A stretch of 14,811 bases of DNA from a virus (taxonomy: Duplodnaviria > Heunggongvirae > Uroviricota > Caudoviricetes). Position 1 is the first letter of the stretch. Each line of letters opens with the position of its first letter. Positions 13,273 through 14,811 of the stretch are shown one piece after another. Location: IMG/VR virus record IMGVR_UViG_3300012925_000006; one strand, 5' to 3'. The notes beneath the pieces were generated by a model, which was given only the letters and a program-made list of their open reading frames with translations, was not told the origin of the DNA and made no database searches. The position numbers and the translations under genes were made by a program.

Positions 13273-14496
13273 CTATTTCGGTTCGTTTAGTTTTGCCTTA
13301 ATCTGGGCCTCAATCTCTTTGGCGAAAGTGGGATTTGAAAGCATAAGTCCTTTTACTCCGTCGCGTCCCTGACCTAATTTGTCGTTTCCATGACTGAACC
13401 AGCTACCTGATTTCTGGATAATATTAAGTTCTACTGCTACATCAACCAATTCTCCAGCTTTTGAAATTCCCTCTCCATAAATTATATCAAATTCGGCAGT
13501 TTTGAAAGGAGGAGCCACCTTGTTTTTGATCACTTTAACTTTTGTGCGGTTGCCTAAAACCACTTCTCCGTCCTTAATTTGAGCATTCCTGCGAACATCT
13601 AACCGAATGGAAGAATAAAATTGTAGAGCTATACCGCCCGTAGTTACTTCAGGAGAGCCATAAACAATGCCGATTTTGTTTCTAAGTTGGTTAATAAAGA
13701 TACAGAGCGTATTGGTTTTGCTTATGCTACCGGTCATTTTCCGACATGCCTGAGACATAAGACGAGCGTGTAATCCCATCTTAGAATCCCCCATTTCGCC
13801 TTCAAGTTCCCCTTTCGGAACAAGGGCCGCAACCGAATCAATCACAACCACCCCGTAAGCACCAGAAACAACGGCTCGATCAGCAATTTCTAATGCCTGT
13901 TCTCCATAATCTGGCTGAGATACTGTCAATTTATCAATATCAACTCCCAAATTTTTAGCATATTCTGGATCAAAAGCATGTTCCGCATCAATCAAAATAC
14001 AATTGAGGTCTTTTTTTTGAGCTTCAGCGATCACATGGATAGCAATAGTCGTCTTCCCGGAGCTTTCCGGGCCATAAATTTCAACGATCCTACCCCGGGG
14101 TAATCCACCTACCCCCAAAGCCATATCCAGCCCTAAGGACCCCGTAGAGATCACTTCAATCCCTTCCATTGGCTTATCCCCCAAAAACATTACTGATCCT
14201 GCCCCAAAATCCTTGTTACACTTGTCCATGACTTCGCGCATTTTCTTCATCCTTTCATCTGACGGTTTTTCTTTGATCCCGGTCGGTTCGACTACCAATT
14301 TTGTTTGGGGTATCGGCTCGGCAATAGGAGTCTCTAAAAACGATTGGATTTTAGTTACCCAACTTTGTGGCATTTTATTGGCTCCACTAAGTACAGCACT
14401 AAGACTATTTTTTGGCAAACCAATTGATTCTTCGAGAGTTGTCTTTTTTTCGCCAGCTTCCACTAACTCATTTAGTCTTAAAATTAGTTCTTCCAT
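13273..14496 (-). CDS. recA: RecA recombinase with N-terminal XRE/Cro-like HTH fusion (407 aa)
   Basis: Complete RecA core: Walker [14 protein letters not shown] (catalytic Glu), Walker [24 protein letters not shown]. About 80 extra N-terminal residues contain [37 protein letters not shown]. The start is the ATG at 14496; the track's first codon at 14499 is TTG. Confidence 0.95.
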   Translation of the reverse strand: MEELILRLNELVEAGEKKTTLEESIGLPKNSLSAVLSGANKMPQSWVTKIQSFLETPIAEPIPQTKLVVEPTGIKEKPSDERMKKMREVMDKCNKDFGAGSVMFLGDKPMEGIEVISTGSLGLDMALGVGGLPRGRIVEIYGPESSGKTTIAIHVIAEAQKKDLNCILIDAEHAFDPEYAKNLGVDIDKLTVSQPDYGEQALEIADRAVVSGAYGVVVIDSVAALVPKGELEGEMGDSKMGLHARLMSQACRKMTGSISKTNTLCIFINQLRNKIGIVYGSPEVTTGGIALQFYSSIRLDVRRNAQIKDGEVVLGNRTKVKVIKNKVAPPFKTAEFDIIYGEGISKAGELVDVAVELNIIQKSGSWFSHGNDKLGQGRDGVKGLMLSNPTFAKEIEAQIKAKLNEPK

Positions 14497-14499
14497 CAA

Positions 14500-14534
14500 A
14501 AAAAGTTATTTATTGGGGTGAAAAAGTTATTTAT
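14500..14534. repeat. 14-bp perfect direct repeat (21-bp period)
   Basis: AAAAAGTTATTTAT at 14500-14513 and 14521-14534, immediately upstream of the recA-fusion start codon. Confidence 0.8.
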
Positions 14535-14547
14535 CGAAGCCAAAAGT

Positions 14548-14628
14548 TTAGTGCAACTAACGAAAACTAACCCTTGCACTAACTCCGATTAGTTCCCAAA
14601 ACTAAGCAAAACCAACTAATAAAACTAA
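14548..14628. repeat. Array of ACTAA/TTAGT boxes
   Basis: TTAGT at 14548 and 14589; ACTAA at 14556, 14566, 14578, 14601, 14615 and 14624. Three more copies lie inside the first recA codons (14462, 14472, 14484). Confidence 0.7.
14597..14604 (-). promoter_or_regulatory. Candidate -7 promoter element for the recA operon
   Basis: Minus strand TAGTTTTG matches TAnnTTTG. No well-spaced -33 element found. Confidence 0.4.
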
Positions 14629-14640
14629 TTTTTATGTAAA

Positions 14641-14811
14641 ATAATTCCAATAATATTTTAATTATTACACTATAAAACACAAAATCAACCTCCCCCCTCT
14701 TTCAACCAGACCCCGCAATCCCCTCCCATTGTATCCCCCCATACCACTAACAACAATCTCCGACCATTCCCTGACCCATTCTCCTCATCCTACATTATCA
14801 ATCAATCAATT
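14641..14811 (-). other. Strongly strand-skewed non-coding tract with G-quadruplex-forming potential on the minus strand
   Basis: Only 5 G in the 171 nt of plus strand 14641-14811. Minus strand 14740-14711 reads GGGGGG-ATACAAT-GGG-A-GGGG-ATTGC-GGGG, which fits G3+N1-7 x4. Confidence 0.55.

Larger units (their letters stand above)
1..14811. mobile_element. Phage/prophage early-replication and anti-defence region, probable Bacteroidota host
   Basis: About 35 tightly packed or overlapping small ORFs. Content is phage-typical (DUF2829/Tad2, Acb2-like, Rnl2-type ligase, Arc-like RHH, HNH, O-type initiator C-terminal domain). Bacteroidota-type TAnnTTTG promoters and a Bacteroidota-like RecA core. 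No att site or integrase in the window, so lytic phage versus prophage cannot be decided. Confidence 0.9.

Noticed and set aside
13273-14496. Interpretation as the host recA marking a prophage boundary
   Set aside because: The N-terminal fusion, substitutions in conserved motifs, co-orientation with phage genes and absence of host neighbours favour a phage-borne copy. This is not fully excluded without flanking sequence.
1153-14521. Antisense or shadow ORFs in the track (plus: 1153, 2009, 2037, 2636, 3897, 4031, 4458, 5650, 6916, 7370, 10807, 11237, 11540, 11565, 12941, 14213; minus: 6679, 8495, 8854, 9908)
   Set aside because: They lie opposite, or out of frame within, better-supported genes, and have no recognisable motifs or coupling signals.
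14548-14628. CRISPR array
   Set aside because: The repeats are only 5-6 bp with 4-9 nt gaps; there is no 25-45 bp repeat/spacer structure.
14798-14810. (ATCA)3 microsatellite at the window end
   Set aside because: Too short to be significant and cut by the window edge.

Overview
The whole window looks like a 14.8-kb early/replication region of a phage or prophage of a Bacteroidota host. It is AT-rich, has densely packed short ORFs, TAnnTTTG-type promoters and A-rich translation starts, and shows no host housekeeping context. No structural genes, integrase, tRNA or CRISPR array are visible. Most genes are on the minus strand, with one plus-strand block (8080-10073) headed by an Arc-like ribbon-helix-helix gene. 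Recognisable products are a Tad2/DUF2829 anti-Thoeris-type protein next to an Acb2/Vs.4-like helical-hairpin protein, a stand-alone DnaA domain IV protein, a fragmented replication-initiation module behind a terminator-containing leader, a DRB0094/Rnl2-family RNA ligase, an HNH nuclease, an ECF sigma factor, a sigma-region-2-only protein and several small HTH proteins. The most striking feature is a RecA carrying an in-frame N-terminal XRE/Cro-like HTH domain. Its upstream region holds a 14-bp direct repeat, a phased ACTAA-box array and a G-quadruplex-capable, strand-skewed tract. Family assignments come from motif recognition by eye and recalled family sequences; no database search was run.
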